From NCBI GenBank assembly GCA_964463855.1, contig CAYXEC010000003.1, positions 6,452-70,451 on the forward strand: DNA of 64,000 nucleotides, read 5' to 3'. Source of the DNA: an uncultured Verrucomicrobiales bacterium. GTDB lineage: Bacteria; Verrucomicrobiota; Verrucomicrobiia; Verrucomicrobiales; Akkermansiaceae. This document shows, in pieces, positions 63,740 to 64,000 of this stretch; within the stretch, counting starts at the first letter, position 1, and each line of letters opens with the position of its first letter. A program made the translations under genes and the position numbers. A model generated the notes under the pieces. The model searched no databases and was not told where the DNA came from. It was given only the letters and a program-made list of their open reading frames with translations.

Positions 63740-64000
63740 TCAGCTTGAGCTGAGTTCCAAATCCACGAATTTGTAGGGGTGGTTGTTGAGCAGCAGCGGA
63801 TGCCAGCCCTTCACCGAGTTGTGCAGCAGGTAGTTGGTGGTATACCAGTAGACTGGGATGATGGGCATCTCCGAGAGGAACAGGGCTTCAGCCTGCTCCA
63901 GAACACGCAGTCGTTGCCCGGGGTCCTTGGTTTGCTCAGCGCGGGCTAACAGCGCCTCGTAGTCCTTGTTGGACCAGCCGGTTCGGTTGTTGCCGTCCCC
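63740..64000 (-). CDS. ABC transporter substrate-binding protein (family 5, OppA/DppA-like), 3' fragment
   Basis: My own translation of the minus strand gives GDGNNRTGWSNKDYEALLARAEQTKDPGQRLRVLEQAEALFLSEMPIIPVYWYTTNYLLHNSVKGWHPLLLNNHPYKFVDLELSSS, with stop TGA at 63742-63740. The 5' end is outside the window, and the ORF is not in the supplied track. Confidence 0.8.
   Translation of the reverse strand, partial: GDGNNRTGWSNKDYEALLARAEQTKDPGQRLRVLEQAEALFLSEMPIIPVYWYTTNYLLHNSVKGWHPLLLNNHPYKFVDLELSSS

Noticed and set aside
1-64000. CRISPR arrays, rRNA genes, transposases or IS elements, prophage genes, and classical defence systems (restriction-modification, toxin-antitoxin pairs)
   Set aside because: I scanned the ORF translations and looked for regularly spaced direct repeats and found none. 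The only tandem repeat seen is the in-gene 27-nt repeat at about 57728-57838. The PIN-PhoH protein is a conserved housekeeping-type fusion, not a VapBC-type toxin pair.

Overview
The window is a 64-kb chromosomal segment, moderately GC-rich and densely coding on both strands. I saw no transposase, integrase, phage gene, rRNA or CRISPR array. The gene content and architecture suggest a PVC-superphylum (Verrucomicrobiota-like) bacterium; that is an impression only and was not checked against any database.

Most genes are housekeeping:
- Translation: thrS, infC, ileS-lspA, prfB (with its programmed +1 frameshift), rpsU and tRNA-Phe.
- DNA and RNA functions: recO, recR, rapA and mazG.
- Cofactor and nucleotide metabolism: gmk, nadK, coaC/coaB, hpt and yebC.
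- Menaquinone synthesis, in two separate groups: menH?-menB, and menA-menC-menE.
- Carbohydrate enzymes: GH31, GH77/malQ and glycerate kinase.
- An Opp/Dpp-type ABC importer, running off the right edge.

Four things stand out:
1. At 36.3-41.1 kb there is a three-gene cassette: a SAM methyltransferase with a large N-terminal domain, a polytopic histidine kinase, and a response regulator with a degenerate kinase-like output. It is paired divergently with a small AraC-type regulator. The layout mirrors the Ralstonia phcB-phcS-phcR volatile methyl-ester quorum-sensing operon. This is my top candidate for an undescribed signalling system in this lineage.
2. Two exported redox or metal-binding proteins carry an in-frame TGA exactly at an active-site Cys position, and each TGA is followed by a SECIS-like hairpin. 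One is a MerP/CopZ-like HMA protein at 4881-5213. The other is a lipoprotein thioredoxin (UGPC) at 50145-50717. Both are probable selenoproteins that ORF callers would split or truncate.
3. A heavy-metal RND operon at 12.9-21.2 kb has an oversized CusA/CzcA, a multi-domain CusB fusion and a Cys-rich small ORF at its head.
4. A Ser/Thr kinase with an internal 27-nt tandem repeat sits divergent from a ClpX paralog that lacks the zinc finger.

All functional calls rest on motif recognition by eye. No searches were run.
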